Shown piece by piece: positions 23,401 through 38,900 of a stretch of DNA of 64,000 nt; position 1 is the first letter of the stretch, and each line of letters begins with the position of its first letter. This DNA comes from Marsupella aquatica. Lineage: Eukaryota; Plantae; Marchantiophyta. The notes beneath the pieces were generated by a model. That model was not told the origin of the DNA and did not search any database. It saw only the letters and a list, made by a program, of their open reading frames with translations. The stretch is from NCBI GenBank assembly GCA_973895155.1, contig OZ316894.1, forward strand, positions 2,124,457 to 2,188,456. Direction: 5' to 3'. The position numbers were made by a program, and so were the translations under genes.

Positions 23401-24923
23401 ACGACTCTCCACCTATTATCCTGCAGCTTAACGTGGGTCCTTTTTCCAGTGTAGCCGTGCACTTAAGTTGCTGATTTTAAAGGGAGCTCCAAGTACGTCA
23501 TTCTCGAGTGGCGGTACATAAGTGGATTGTGCTGAGCTCGGTGCTGATCGAGGTCCATGCATAAGAAGTCTTTGGGAGCGTTGCACTTTTATGTGTCAAC
23601 TATTTGAGGACTTTTCACTGAGCTTAATTTTTAAGATTTCTTTTTAGCGAGAGTGACCCTGACACCTTGTGTGAAGGAGAAAATGTTAGGGGAAAAGTCT
23701 TTATTGTATTTTCTAGATTCATTTTTGACCATCAGATCTCCCTGTATCTAAGGATAACCATCAGATTCTGTGGCAAGGTGGGAAATTTGCTTATAAAAAT
23801 GGAAAACAAAAAAACTAGCAAAGACTTTTCGGGGAAGTGAAAGCTGTTATGTCTGTCGCACTTGTCTCCTCCTTTATGGGTAAACAACTCCATATATGCC
23901 ACTGCCAAAACAACAGGAACTCCAAACCTGGAGACATGATCTCAAAAGCCAAAAACCCAATAAAGGGAAAGTAAAGGGGAAAACCCCAAGAAGACCAGAG
24001 AGGCCCAACAAACCAAGGAGAATCCCACAAAAACTAAAACAAATTACTAAGAAGCAACAACAAACTTCTAAACAATTGGTTTTTGTTTACAATTTTTCTC
24101 TAGCTTCAAGGAAACTTGCAAGTCTGCCAAGAACCAGATGTACAGGTCTGCCAAAAAAAATATTTACAGTTGGTAGGGGTGTTTAAAAACTTGGGGCATC
24201 TTTTTCAAAAGTGAATCATCCTTCCAAAAGCCAGTCAGTGTGAATTTAGCGTTTAAAATAAGGCAGCATCCATGGAGTTGGGCAAGACATAACTTAATCT
24301 TCTCAACATGCTTTATAATATTCTGACAATTAGCATAGGTTTTACAAGTACTCTAAAATGTTTTGTAGGTCAGGTTCAGAATTTTAATAATTATTGAATT
24401 TTTGCACTGTGATGGCTCTAAGGAAATATGCCTGCAGCAGTATCTTTACCAGGAACCTCGCTAATAATTGGTCCCACCAGAAGAAATCCTAAGCAAATCC
24501 CTGGTCTCCTCGATCTACCCAGTTAAGTTTCTGTTCAGGAGTAAATTAAAAACATTATATATAACATTGCAAAAGAAACTCAAGAGCCAAATGGGGAGGC
24601 AAGATAACAAGGGATTTTCTAAGTAATTTGTGCATGAGCAACTACTTATCACGGTGTGAATGTATAACTCTTAAGAACCAGTTTACAGATCACATTTCAG
24701 TCAAAATTGCAAATAGTGCTATCAAACGTGTTTGAACATTTTGTGTTAACCCATCTCAACTTTGGAAATCCATGCTTCACAGCAAACCTCTCGTCCATCT
24801 AGACCTAATATTTGAGCATCTTGATGTAAATATATAGCATTTCAAAGAATACGTGAGCTTAAAAAATTAAAACAATAAAATAATATGTAGGTTACTGAAA
24901 AAGAATTATAATATCGTGAACGA

Positions 24924-25115
24924 GGACGACACTATGGTACGAGCAACTCCTTTATTAGTCCTGTCAGTATGAATGTTCTCTCCAGGTATCTGCTCACTCA
25001 AGTACTCAACCCTCCTTTCCATGGACGACACTACGGTACGAGCGACTCCTTTATTAGTCCTGTCAGTATGAATATTCTCTTCAGGTATCTCCTCACTCAA
25101 CCCTCCTTTTACATG
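24924..25115. repeat. Tandem duplication, 2 x ~95 bp (period 99)
   Basis: ggacgacacta(t/c)ggtacgagc(a/g)actcctttattagtcctgtcagtatgaat... at 24924 and 25023. Confidence 0.9.
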
Positions 25116-28100
25116 GCCAACTGGCCTTTACATTATTGAAATTTTAATTTTGACACATCCACCAGCTGTAATGATGCTGGACATAACTTTTCCGTGCACT
25201 TGTCTAGTTTTTCGCTGGACTAAGTGTACTGCCCTGGGTTCCTAATAAAACATCCAATATTGAGAAAAAAAACCTGTAGGTTAATGGGGTAATGCTCAAC
25301 CTCGTTGAGTATTTCATTTGTCCAGGTCCAATGCTATTGGTGTTGCTTTATTGCAATGCAAATCTGACCCAATATATAAGGGCAATACAATTCTCGGCAA
25401 TTTTCTGACCCAATAGCAATAAGGCAATGTCACCTTCAATGGAGGTGTTGAATGGAGCTGCAATTTTAGCTTATTAGCCCCAGAGTTAGACTTTTCATAG
25501 GGGAACATTATTTCAAGAGCCAAATAGCGCTTTTGACTTTCTATGGGATTCTCTATTGGATTCTGGTAGGCTATGATCCAGTGGTACTCTACAGCTTGAT
25601 TGCTTGTATGCCAAAAAGAGCTTGCAATTTCCTTGTCTGCTGGGTTTGTGTTTTGCGAGCCCATGCTTCATACTCTCAGTAAGCATCACTGTTGGAGTTA
25701 CTCTTAGTGAGCACGAGTCACAATTCTAGCCACAATCCTTCGTTCATTAACTATGTACCACTGTTTTTTCTAGACTCCTGGCATGCATAGGCGCTAGTCT
25801 CCTTGCATTTCCTTGTTTGAACTTACAAACTCTCACTATATCTTCATATGGCCTCCGGATAAAGGGAAGATGTCTTGTGCATGAAATGTTTTTCCCTCCT
25901 CAGTCCTCACCTTTGCTTTCTGCTAAAAGACTTATTAATATATATATATATACTTATTGGTTTGTCTTGTTTCATCGTGAGTTGCCAACATGAAAAACAA
26001 ACAAAAGGACTACAGTCAGAATATTGTATGTCTTATCTCATGAGAGGTCCTGACTCCTGAGGTCTTCTTGTGGAGGGGCTTACTTTCATTGGCCTGATAT
26101 CACATGCAAGATTAGTCTAGCACATAACTGGTATGAAGTTTAGATATAACATGACATTTACATGATCTAGTACAGTCGATGCCAAAGAGAATAATTTCTC
26201 CTTGTTTTGTGAGTATTTAGGCTGCATGATATTTGACGTGGTACATACTGTATTAGAGGTTGACTTCGCCTCATTATTGCAAAAAGGCAATACAATTAGA
26301 TCATTGATCTCTTAGCGTGGAAGAGTGATCCTCGTCGTAGAGCATTGATTGGGCATAGCATTTGTGACAAGATGTTTTAGGCATAACTTTAGGCAAGATC
26401 AAAGGGCTTGTGGGACCACTGTAGATAGTAAGAAAGTTGGAGTTGTGGTGGTTAGTTGAGATGTTTTGAAGATTTTTTGAGAGCTTTTTGTTAGGGGAAG
26501 TGGCTGAAGGGAAACCCCAAGTTAACCAGTTCCTAATCCGGCCAGAGAGCCAGCAGGAGAAAACCCTTCATGTTATTGAAAGGCAAAAAAGATTAAGGTG
26601 TTGAATGGAGGTCAAAGTGATCTCGAACTAACCTTCTATAGACCGCGCTAAAGATGCAACATGAAGATGACAAATAAAAGGAAGAACAATTTAAAAGCCC
26701 CACAAGAGCAAGCAGCGCAAGACAAACATTTACAAGACCAGGCTCATGACAAACCTACATGGTCACAACAGATTGAAAGATAGAATATATGAGATAGTTT
26801 AAAATACTTTCTGGGACATTTTCAATAGTACTATATCCCACAATACATTTAGTCTAGGGCCCACTTTGTTAAACCCAACAATAATATAGTCATTAGAAAT
26901 TGGAAACCAAACGAAAATAAAGTTACATCCTGCTATCGCATACTCCAACGAGCATGTGCACATTCTAGCTCACCAGATAATGAACCAACTACAGTAATAA
27001 TCTTTTAATTCCAAAACTAAAGCAGAAAAAGAATAATGACCTACCTCTCCTAGTACTGTCAAATCAAAATAATGAACGACATTATTTGTTTTGGACACGA
27101 TATCTTAAATATAAACCGCGTAAATGAATTCATATGCGTTCCGGGATGTCCTGTACATACGGTTCTAACAGTATCATGCTTGCACTTATCATATGGTACA
27201 GATAACCATGGTAGCGATGTTAGCCCATCCGGAGGATTAATTAACCGTACTTTAGACTACAGTCCCTGCTGACTCTAATCTAATGATGTAGTTGTTGAAC
27301 GGCACTCAGTCCTTGAGTTAAATTAATTAAGCAGGTCGTTGTTTGACCTACCCATACCGCCATACGGCCAGCGAGGGCAGTGCTGACGGCGACGGTGATT
27401 GCATGATTGTGCCATCTTTGAAGCTGACTGTGGCCTTAGATGGCTTTGCCGGTGGACTGGGTATATTGGGAAAAAATAACTATAAAACATTTGTTGTTAT
27501 AGTAAGAGCATGCTGATCAAAAAATTAAGAAGATTTTTAGCAGAGGAACACGATCTTTCTGCTAAATTAAAAAGAATGACCAAGCTACCTCTCGATGATG
27601 GTATTGACCACTTGAGAGGTTCATGCAATGCATGGTGCAGAGCAGTGCAATTGTTCACCTTTAGCTTCTATATAATTATTATCTGCAATGAGTGATTGCC
27701 TGGATTGTGGACAAATACTGCACTTGGTGACCTTTAGCTTCTAATGAATGGTGGAGGTGGGTCCAGGGGTACTGCACAATTCATTCCATGGCTTACCATC
27801 TCTTAAGGGTCTTCTCTGTTACTGCAAACTTGGTTAATTTTTTACTTGTTTAGCACAAAATTTGCAAATCTCTAATTTGATTTCTCCTTAGTTGTGGCTA
27901 CGAACCAGATAATAAGGAGTGATGGCACATACTAATTTAATAATCAAAATTTAAGCATTGAAGGATTTTAAGAATTTCAGAATCAAGTTTGTGAGTGTGC
28001 AGATTGAGAAAAAGAATCTGAAGCCTAGATGGACAGAGCTTGTGAACCATACAAACCCCATGGATGGTTTCCAATTTTTTTGATAAGCAATGATATTTTC

Positions 28101-30120
28101 AAAACATTGGCAACTTCTGTTAAGAGAATTGAGAGAGCTTTGAATTGCCAAAGATGCATGACTGTCTTGTTTTCTGTCTCACCTCACTCTCTTGTGTGAT
28201 ATGTATCATCTGCTTTGATCCGACAAGGTCAAGAAACTCCTTTTCAGGGTTTTGGCAAGCGTCCATCTGAGAATCAATGAAAAGCCAGATTAATTAAAAC
28301 GTTTTGGGGTTCTTTAAGATTTAAGCCTCTTACGATGAAACTCAAAACAACAACAAAAACTTAGTAGGAAATCACCATGGAAATGAGGGGAATCAGAAAT
28401 CTTGTACCATGTACACATATTGTCACGTGAATTTATCTCAAGTTTTAGATCTTTAGGCATGTTAGTCACATCATGGTTTGTTTCTTACAAATCTTACTCG
28501 AGTTTATGAAATTTCATCACCTTGAAAATGAAACTTTATGAGCTTGAAAAAAATCCAATAAGTGTTAATGAGGCTCTCCAATGTCATGAATAAATTTTTA
28601 CGGCTAAATGTGCACTAGATGGGTCAGTCTGTATGGAGCCAGAATGAGCACTTTTTGGATGTGTGGCTTGTGTCATTTCAACTTTGTAGGGTTTTCTTAG
28701 AGTGGAGTAAAGCAGCCCTGGCTGACCGTAAGCCATGTTTTCTGGCCAAGGTTAGCGCGCAGGAGTCTTCCCCAAACTTTGGTCATGCACATACCTTTTC
28801 CAGCAAGCATGGCCCCACTCCAATCAGTCACCATCTTTTTCTAAACAATTGGATTGCAGTAGGGACTAGGTTGTTGGTTTTAGGGCATGTAGACAAATTC
28901 CTCTTCGCGACACTCCTATGGGGTTATTTCTGGGAGCTTCACCAGGCTTGCTGCTGAGTTGGGCTTTAGCTCTTGTGAATGTCTTTCTAGGGGACTCTTT
29001 GGCTTTTAGGCTCATTCATTTCCTATTGTTTTCTCTTGCCTTTGGCGTCCTGTCTTCAGCTTTCACACTTTTTGCTCTTTGGAGACATAAACACTAAATT
29101 ATGTCAATGTCACACATGCGAGAAAATTGTATTTTCTGATAATTATTTTATAGTTTTTAAGTACATTGCCACAATCCAGATGTTTGGATTTATAATACTG
29201 CCACGGTTTGTTTTTACAAAAGTGCCACAATTTTGTATATAACTCCTCTGGTTACCTTGGGGAACTTGTCATCCATATACAAAATCATGATATTTTTATA
29301 AATACAAAAAAAATATGACACTATTATCAATTAGAACATCTTTAGTGGCAAAGTACTTAAAAGCTGAATTATTTTAATGTCACTTTTTTTTGCCTAATTA
29401 TATACTTCAGCTCTGACTAATCTGTCCCCAGAATCAAAACCGCCCCATGTGATTAATGTTCCCCCCAAGCAAAATTGATTATGAATCCGTCATCCATTTC
29501 GTATTCGGGTCCAGTTGCCATGATTGTGACAACTCACTATTGGCTAGCCTTAACCTGGGGCCACCCTCCTTGGCCCCCCTTCCCTGTTGCAGGGCACACT
29601 TGCAAGTTCAGGAGGGGCACAAATATGTTGTTTTCCGCTCCACACTCCCCTGACTAAAACCTAACACTTTTGGCCCTCGTTTTTACTCAGGAAAATGTGC
29701 AGTGGGGAAAGGGAATGGGGCCATGTGGGGGTTTATAGTGACAACCTATACAAGTTTATACTGACCCTAATATGAAATGGGGGACGGATTGATAATTAAT
29801 TTGTTTTGGGGGCACATTAGTAATATAGGGTAGTGTGGGGAACAGGTCAATAAAAAGCTGTTACACACTTTGCCATTCCTTTAGTCTAAACCTTTCTCCT
29901 CCTTTGCTTAAGGAAAGTAATTCTAGCTGGCTGGGAATGATCAAATGGTCAACATCATGCAAGTTCTCATCATCGGACAGTAAGTTGTCATTGTCGGTAA
30001 CTGAACCTCAACACCCTCTCGCAGCCCTTCATCAGGGTGGGAAGTGGGCCAGGCAGCCAGGTGGCGCCAAAACAAGAGACCCAACTTAATGTTGAGGGTT
30101 AGTAAGGGTGTTGTGGTGAG

Positions 30121-30505
30121 GGACTGGCAAAGCTTGGATGGACTTGCTCAGAACATTTAAACTGACTCAGATAACATTGTCTACACTTTTGACTGAAATG
30201 TGAATAGTAAACTGTCCCCTTATTGTTTGCAACCGGTTTCAATTTCATTACTGAATCGGTTTCCTCGGCAATTGGATGACTTGACGACCTTCAACCCGGA
30301 AGACATCATGCCATTACTCTGAATCACCATGACATCTTGATTATTTTCTCCCCAAGGTAATCAAATTCATCAGCTATGATCTGTGACCAGTTCTTTTTCT
30401 GCGACCAGTTCTTTTTCTGCGACCAGTTCTTTTTCTTTAGAGTGTAAAAGCAACAATTGCATTATGCAGTCTATGGGGATGGGTAGGGACAATGTCTCCG
30501 ACCAT
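30121..30505 (+). repeat. Dispersed repeat, copy 1 (contains an 18-bp unit x3 at 30385-30436)
   Basis: Colinear with 63063-63410 (ggactggca.agcttggatgga...ctcagataacattgt.tacact.ttgactgaaatgtga...catgccattactc...ggatggg.agggacaatgtctc). Confidence 0.8.
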
Positions 30506-30680
30506 CTGGGCTGTTGAACAATTGCATGTAACAAATATTAGCTCTCAGATTTGTGAGATGCAGCGTTGAGCCTCCTGGGATCATTCACGAGTCTCTGTTG
30601 TGAGTAAAAGCTCTCCAAAATACAAACGGATCCTCTTGAGAGCATTCACATTTCACAAGTTTCGTCTAGACGCTATTATC

Positions 30681-30818
30681 AAAAATACAAACGCAAATCA
30701 AGGGAAGGACTTAAAGTTGCAGTAAATGACGACAGTGCATGAGTACAGAAAAATACAAACGCAAGACAAGGGGAGGACTTAAAAGTTGCAATTAATGACC
30801 ACATTGCATGAGCACAGC
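30681..30818. repeat. Diverged tandem duplication, 2 x ~68 bp
   Basis: aaaatacaaacgcaa...aaggg.aggacttaaa.gttgca...gcatgag.acag occurs twice. Confidence 0.75.
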
Positions 30819-32928
30819 AGTACCGTGGGAAGGTGGAAGGGATGTTACTTTCCAGTGCCGCAGGATCAGAGTACTTTCGTACGCATAGCTTCTATGTGGT
30901 ACGATATATATTATTTTGATCTGGGAAAACTCATGCGGTGATGTACTATGACACGATGATGACTTTCGCATTTTTGCAGAATAAAGTACTATACTCCCAT
31001 TACTACTGTTCGGATGATTTCAATTCATTACTGCAGTCGGTACTTTTGCTTTGATACGTAGATTTGGTGGGAATGTCTTTTTCTCCCTTGCATACAATCT
31101 CTGTGGATACTGTAAATTGGGAACCAAAACGACCATTCTTTGAGGAACCCACAAAGTGAATGAGCCACAACAGCACCATCTCCAAACGTGCCATCTCAAA
31201 AAGAGACAACAACTAACATTGCCTACCGACTTCAGAAAAGAAACTGAAAGTCTACCGATTTCAGAAAGAACAGAGACAACACCATCATTGTGATGAAAGG
31301 ACAGTTCAACTAGATAAGAGTACACTGGGAAGAAACTTCCGGTGTGAGGGAAGGGGGGTGTTGTAGTGATCAGGGGACTCGGAATTGAGAGTGTTCCCTC
31401 CACAAAGGTTATGACGAGGACACAAACTAATCTGACCACCAACCTTTCTCATAAATTGTGGACAGAAACAATCATGATTTGTGTTGCACAGTAGAATTCA
31501 TAGTCAAATGACAAGTTTCACTGGCGAGTTTCAGCCTCGTCTGAGTTCAATTAGTTCAAGTTCTTAGAGAAATTTCGGGGAGGTTCATTGTGCAATTAAA
31601 GTAAAGTGGTGCCTTGCTGCTCTTCAGGACAGTTTGCCGATTCAGGGAACTGATCCGTGTTATGCTTGGCAGCATCCCATTCGACCCACAATGTAATATG
31701 ACTCGCTGCCTGTCTATTCAGATGCATCCCGGTATACACTTATTGCAGATTTTAACACTGGGGCAAATACGATGCGAAGGATACATTCTCCGAAGGACGT
31801 TTTCATTCTTTCGCCACCTAATCCCCAGTGCACTTCCGAATATAAAGATTCCTGGAGCGTCCAGATGTTCCCCACATCTTTCCCACTTCAGCCCTCGTAC
31901 TTGACTGCTGCAAGCTTGTAGCTATGAGTCTGGTGTAACCAGGAGTACATAGATGCAACAGGCCCTTAAAAAAAACACTTCTGGAATACCAGAACACAAG
32001 CGGAAAGTCACACTAAACAAATCAACCAGAACAAAGCTTGAACTACCGGTAGGTACATCGAGTGCACTTTTATTACTGCTGCCTCGGAATGAGCATTTGA
32101 GTAAAACGTCCTGATCTCCCTTCTGCCCAAACGATTACTAACGATATTGCAAAATCATGGAAGTAGTCCACTTTTCACGTGCCATGTTGAAGAGGGGCAT
32201 CCATGTCCTCCAAACACAACACTTTATATGTTGGTGGGGACCAACGTATGTATTCCAAACAAGATGGCCTAACAAGATGCTACCCCCTAGCTCTCTTAGC
32301 AAACCTCACTGTGACAAACCCAATAGCCTTACCTCTGCACCAAAACATGAACTCAAAACCAAAGAGTAATATCTTGGAGAAAGACTACTGCTGCTCTGCA
32401 TTATGTTGAAGGATTATGGCAATGGGTCTTAACTCGAAGATTAAATGAATAATGAAACATACTTTATAAAAATAGGTTGACTTGCACAAGCTAGGTCGGC
32501 CAGTAGCTTAAATAAACAAACGAGCTCCTAATACACAAATTTGGAGAAAGAATGCCCCTGGGAGAGAGGGACGTCGTCAGCATACTTTAAGCGGATAGCA
32601 GACATGCAAAAGTATGTTATTTACATTATTCCCTAGCAGTTGACGCTTAAATCAAATCTATGAACACTTGAATTCCATTGACCCTAACCAACACTCGTAC
32701 GACAATTCTGGATGGGCCCCCGCTGCTCTGAAATCCAGCCAATTGGTGGAATGGCCGACTGGACGAAATAATTGGGTACATAAAGGGACTTGTGGAGGTC
32801 GAACCTCTGCAGAATAAAGGCAGCGAATCCCGGAAAACTGCCGTTGGCTCCACATCCCAGTAGCTCTTCATTATGGCTCCTTCTACTGTGATCCTTGCGA
32901 AACGTGACTTTGATAGTCACTCAAAAGG

Positions 32929-35900
32929 TCAAACGTCTCCTTGTTTTACGACAAGAGTGTATGTTTTGGGTGGGCCAGAATATCTGCGAAAGAGGGCAAC
33001 TGCAAGTATAGCGACGAACGCTACCGTGGTGGTGACCCAAAAGAACCCGACTCCTGAATGACTCAAGTCTTCTCCACCTATAAGCTGCAAGCAATCAACA
33101 ACAGCGTCACTAACTTCTAACACTAAGGCCAGAAGTAATCAAACACTTCAGCTACGAGTGGGTCTTATAGAGCAACCTATTTGAATTTGGCTCCTAGTGC
33201 TTCTATAACATCTTATCTTAAAAGTTTTGGTAATTTCTTAATTCTAAATTTCAGATATTTTTAGAAATTTTACAAATTCCTTTGGTAATCCTGGGACTAA
33301 ACACCACAATTCACCACGTTTCGGAAGTTCAGAGTTCTGGACAGCATCAGCCCCTTAAGCAGGCAGATTTCGGTACTTTTTCCCATAATTGCCAAGAAGA
33401 AGAAAGCAAACTTCCTAAAACATTCTACGAAGAGTTTGGAGTGAAAAAATACCTCTTTGTATTTCAAGACGGCAGCAGCAATGTCAGCAGCCGTTCTGTT
33501 ACCATTAACAAAAATACCATCTTTTGTGGCCACTCGAACAAGTGACCTGCAATCTGGATTTTGAGTTCTCCTTCCTTGAGTAATGAGACACTGCCCATAT
33601 GTTCCAATAATTACATCATTGATGGGCTTTGCCTCAGGATCACATGACTTTCTGACCACTTCATCGCAAGGAAAAGTGAGATTGGAGTCAAATTTATACT
33701 GAAAGAGAGCCATCCGGACAGCGTATGCCACCTGTTTACATGTCCAACAGAAAAGACTCAGCAAAGCAGATCAGCATGACCAAACTCAAATGCTTTCATA
33801 TCGGTCAAGTCTGAACACGACACAACTCAGGCATATCAAAGCTCGGATGTAGGTTGGCAAATTAGATTACAGCAAATTCCTCAGCACTTTGACATGTGCA
33901 TGGTAGAATGCAACCCAAGAGAGCTTCTACGTGAAATCTTGTGTGTCGGTTAAATGTGGGCAAAGCTGAATAGTTCGGCTACCAAAAGTGTACCATCCGC
34001 TGCATAACATTTACTTTAGTGCTCTCAAACATGTATTCTTTCTCATTGCAAAAAATGTATAAAAAAATGAAAAGAACTTCTATCATTGGCGCTGTACTCT
34101 GCCATGTAAGTACATAATTCCTGCGTTGGAACTTGGTTGAGTTTGATTGGTCTGTGTACCTCGCTCTGGCAACCACCAGTCAAATTCTTGTATTGATCAA
34201 CAAAACACTTCAACACCTGAGCATGACCATCTTCAGCTTTGCTTACACCACTACAGAACTTGTTGACATCTTCTTTGCATTCGGTCCTGACCCGCACATC
34301 TAATCGGTAGTCTGATGCTTGCCTGGCTCCTTGCAAGTCTACTTCAATCTTGCAAGCTACTCCCATGTTTATGCTCTCCAAGTTCAATTGCAGACACTTG
34401 AAAGCTTCTCCATTAAATGGAGGGACCTTTGGACAAAAGTAGTTTATCTCTGCCAGCCACGACAAACATTTGTAGTCCTGCGTTAGCCAGTGACGTAATA
34501 TAACAACCCTGCTGTGATTCCGCATCAAACTCCTGAGACCAATTGAAACCCTGATTTGTTCAAACGATGAGAGTACAACTAGACCTTCATTGCCAAAGTG
34601 GTTCCTTTGTGAAGGAACTTTCAGAAATTCTTCGTTACCAATTCTCTAGAGACGTCAATCCGGAAATACTTTTACTGAAAGGAGAAGCACTTGGTCAACC
34701 ATATATTTTTCATGATGGCAACTAGATGCAGAGCAGAAGTACCTGTTCCGCAAGCATTCATCAAGGACGGAGTCAGCCTGATATCCGAGGCCTGCAAAGG
34801 CAACAACAACACACCCTTGTGCGCATTAAATTCCATACATTACTAACTACTTACTATTTGGTGACACGAATCATCAATTGGGTCGGTCAACTATTGATTT
34901 ATTCTCAATAGGTGTCTCCACTGCATAATGTCGAAAAACTTCCTGGATCTGACAATGTTTACAGCGTTTCCTCTACATTGGAGCAATATCTGCAGAACCT
35001 GTTGTATTAGCTTCCACACGAGCCGAGAAATTTTAGGGATGTGACCGGGTTTCATGTATGGGCCTGGATTCACTTGAATATTGGACCCTCGTCCTCACGA
35101 CGCACCCTCGCCTTCTCCAAGATTCTGGGAGGCCCTACCTGACACAGGGTCGATGACAACCCTCACCCTCACCTGACCAAACCCGTGACCATTCACCCCC
35201 AGTTTTTCAACTTCCACCATGAATTCCAATGATCTGGGAAAGAAAGTGGACGATAATGAGGGTGGGGTGAGGGCGAGGGATCAATGGATCCAGGGCCTAA
35301 TAAAATAATTTACTCCAGGGTCTTGGAGAGTCACCTCCATCATGCTGAAGCGGAGCTCCTCATCCTTGCACTCGTTTTTCAACTCGTTACGGTGTCGCCG
35401 TAGACAAGCAAGAGCTCTGCTGTGGTCATTACTTCTCCTCCGTTGACAAAGCTTGAGGAGGTCGTCCTGACATGCCCGTTGGAGAGGTATGTTCAAGTCC
35501 TCGTTCTTCGACTCCTTAATCTCAAATGAAACAACATCCTTTTTGCAGTCTTCTGACGAAAGTTGGTCTACTTTTTCTTGTAAACATTGCAAAACAACTC
35601 CTCCACACGGCTCGAGTCCCTTGCATTTCTCCGGTACTGGGCATAGAGTCTTGACATCCTCCTGACAGTCCTTGTAGATCCGGTAATTCAATCGAAAGTC
35701 TGTGAAGTAGAACCACTTTGTCAGATGAATATTAAATGCTTTTATGAAGAGTTCAAAACAGCACAGCGATAATACCAGTGCTCACAATGAAATGTTGCCA
35801 CCTCGTTTTGCAAGGTTTGCTTACTTAATTTTACACACTTTTTAGGTTACGTAGCACTCATTAACCAAGGAAATACCTTTTGCTGACTCTACTTGGTCAG

Positions 35901-38900
35901 CAACAACTTCCGTTCTGCAGTCCGTTCCCATCTCTGGGTCATCAACCTTTTCCTGAAGACACTCGATGGTTGCTCCCCGGTCTGCACATTCAACGACCAC
36001 ATATCAAATATTGGATGTGGTTCCTACACTGCCCAATGACTAGACACTCCTTGTAAATTTTGATGGGGCTAATCGACGGGTCTGCCTGTGAAGTACACCG
36101 AACTGATCAACACTTCCCATTCCCATGTGCTTCAAACTGGAAGACTCTGAAGAAGAAGAGAAGGCGTGAAGAGGTCCGCATGTGAAGAAAACAACTTTTT
36201 GCAATTTCTATTTCTTACCATGTGGAAGGCCTTGACAAAACTTTACAGTTTCCACCACACATGTTTGTTTCATTGCATACTTGTAGTCAATATCGCCTGA
36301 CAAGCGCCACTCCTGTACAGACCACGTATTGCTTTGAGAGCATGGATGGATAAAGTCCAGGGAGGCCCAGATAAAAAAGGACTTCAAGTAATCGAAATTC
36401 ACCCAGCAGAGTGGACAGCAAATTAGAATTGAAATCTGTACATGTGGTTCCAACTTTGAAAGTCGCCTAAGGTCAAACTTCGAGGTGAAATCCTTATGAA
36501 ATTGCACACATGGAAACAGGAATACGAAAAGAGAATGTTCATTTTCGAGTTGCTCAACTCCGGCAACACAGAAACAAGGCTCAACTATATGCTATCCGTT
36601 GAACTGTTTCGAGTCTGAAGGTTCACCCAGCGTTGCCATACCATAGTGAATACGGCAGCACGACATTTATTATCCAGCTGCTCACGTCTAGATTGCAGAC
36701 AGGATAGCACCTTGTCATTTTCAGTCTCCTTACAGAACTTCTGCTTGTTGGCTGCATCCAGAGAAGACGCATTATGGAGCTAGAGCCGAAGAAAGTAAAG
36801 TTAAGAGTTTCAAAAAGGAAAATAGCCCTGAACATCAACAGTAGTAGCAAGCGCATGCCTTCCATTCAAAACACGTCCCTTAAGGCTAACTGAGAATTTG
36901 CTCAAGCTTACCTTCACAAGATTCTGAAAATTCCTTGTCAAAGCGATAATCTTCGGCTGCTAAAGCAAGAAGCTTGTGAACCTCATTCTTGCACTCATCA
37001 TGGAGGTTTTCTCTGAAGTCTTGCAAACAGTGGATAAGTTTTGGCTCATCATTTTGGGCAGGTGCTGAATCTTGATACTCTGCATTGCATATCTGGGAAA
37101 CAAGGCCGGAATATCAAAAGTAAGGTCTCAGGTGGAATCTTCATATAAACAAAACATGAGACAGTAGAAGTCAGCACAACAGCGGATAACACGGAGAACC
37201 ATGGATGACACAGTAAATTGTAAGTTAAGTGGTTGTACCAGCTTTATGTCCTTTGCACATTTCGCATTCAGTGTGGGATTTAGGCGAAAATCTGCAGACC
37301 TTCGAGCTAGCATTTTATCAAATTCTGTCTTGCTGTGAAACAGTACAACAAAAATGATTAATTGTATTCCACTTGCATTATAGCCACAATAAATTGTATC
37401 AATAAAAGACATTTTTATTGCCTGGAATATAATCTTTTGTGCAATCAATGATAAGGCATGGACGGAAGTAGAATCGTTCTCAGAGTATTTTCCTTCATGC
37501 TAGGGATAGATGTAACCGACATAAGAGGACGACATAGCGAACATTGTCAAGTGGACAGGGAACTAGCCCAGCAAATCGTTTGTGAATTAATGCTATCATG
37601 AATACCAACCATTCAGCTGGGAATTCCGGTTCAAGCCGATGGCTCTCCAAGCAGTCTTTCACTCGTGCTTTCCCAAAAAGCACGTCTCCACAAAATTTCT
37701 TCTGGGCAGGTAAACATGCTGAAGAACAAAAGTGGATATCAGCTAGCCGACCAAATAATAATCAATTGCAGATAGCATTAAATTACAATAAATATAGCTT
37801 CTTGACTTTGCGCCACACCTTCACGATCAGATGAGTATGGGGCCCCAATGGACAGTAAGTACCCAACCCCATCACTCAACTCTGGACGCTAATACACCTC
37901 GACCCACCTTGAAAAAGCTCAGGATTAAGACGAAGGTCGTCTGCATTTTCTGTCTCCTGGCGAAAAAGCTGGGCTTTGCAGTTGTAAGAAATCTCCTTAG
38001 CGTGCTCCCTCTGCAGCCCAAGATGAACATGGGTCAGATACTATAGACATACGTTCCTCAAAACTAGGGAATGATACAGGAACGATGTAACCAAACCGCT
38101 CAAATTCCTACAATGTAACACGACCAGGCCCCTAGCCACCGGGCCTCCTGGGAGAATCTCATTTTTTATGTGCATCGAAAGCACGAAACTTTTCACCATA
38201 GACTAGTCCTGTTACTGACTCCCAAATAAGCATCTTCCACTCAGTTTGTTATCATTGAACTAAACCAATATTGAATCTTTCACAATGGTACAGACTAGAG
38301 GTGGACTGTGAGCGCACTAACCAGACAGACTTGTACTCGGCCTTCACCAGGTTTGACTCCCTTACAAAAAGTTGCAGCATCCCCATGACACTGTTGGCTC
38401 AGTAAAGGGTCCATTCTATAATCATCAACCGCATCTTGCTCGGCCACAAAAATTTCATCCTGGCATGATTGAGATAAGCCATCTTTGGCATCCCTGCAGC
38501 AGCGAGATGAACACTAGTATTGTTACTTCAAACCAAAAAAGTTCCCCAACAAAAGAACGAATTAGTACGATCTCGTCGAATTCGAACAAGACCAAAAGAG
38601 CCTAAAACAATGCAAAGGTATTGTGAGAACAGGAAATTTCGGGTAACAGAATTGTCAACCGAAGCAAAATCCACTATATAAGAGAATTTCAAGAAAGGCC
38701 CACCTCAAGCAACCGAGGACTCCTCCCGCGAAGAAACTACTGCATTTCTCCTTAATATCTTTCTTACATGCATCCTCTGCGGAAACCCAAATTGAATGAT
38801 TTGTCACGCCGCAGACAAATTGAACAATGCACGTTGCCAGTCACAACGTAAAGTATGTGATTAGGGTGTCTAGATGCAAACTCATGACGAGCTTAGTAAA

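Noticed and set aside
30385-30436. Short direct-repeat arrays as CRISPR-like
   Set aside because: The units are contiguous with no unique spacers, the context is eukaryotic and there are no cas genes.
20500-32600. Scattered 60-140 aa ORFs in the AT-rich intergenic stretch
   Set aside because: No recognisable domains or coherent exon chain. Likely decayed repeats.
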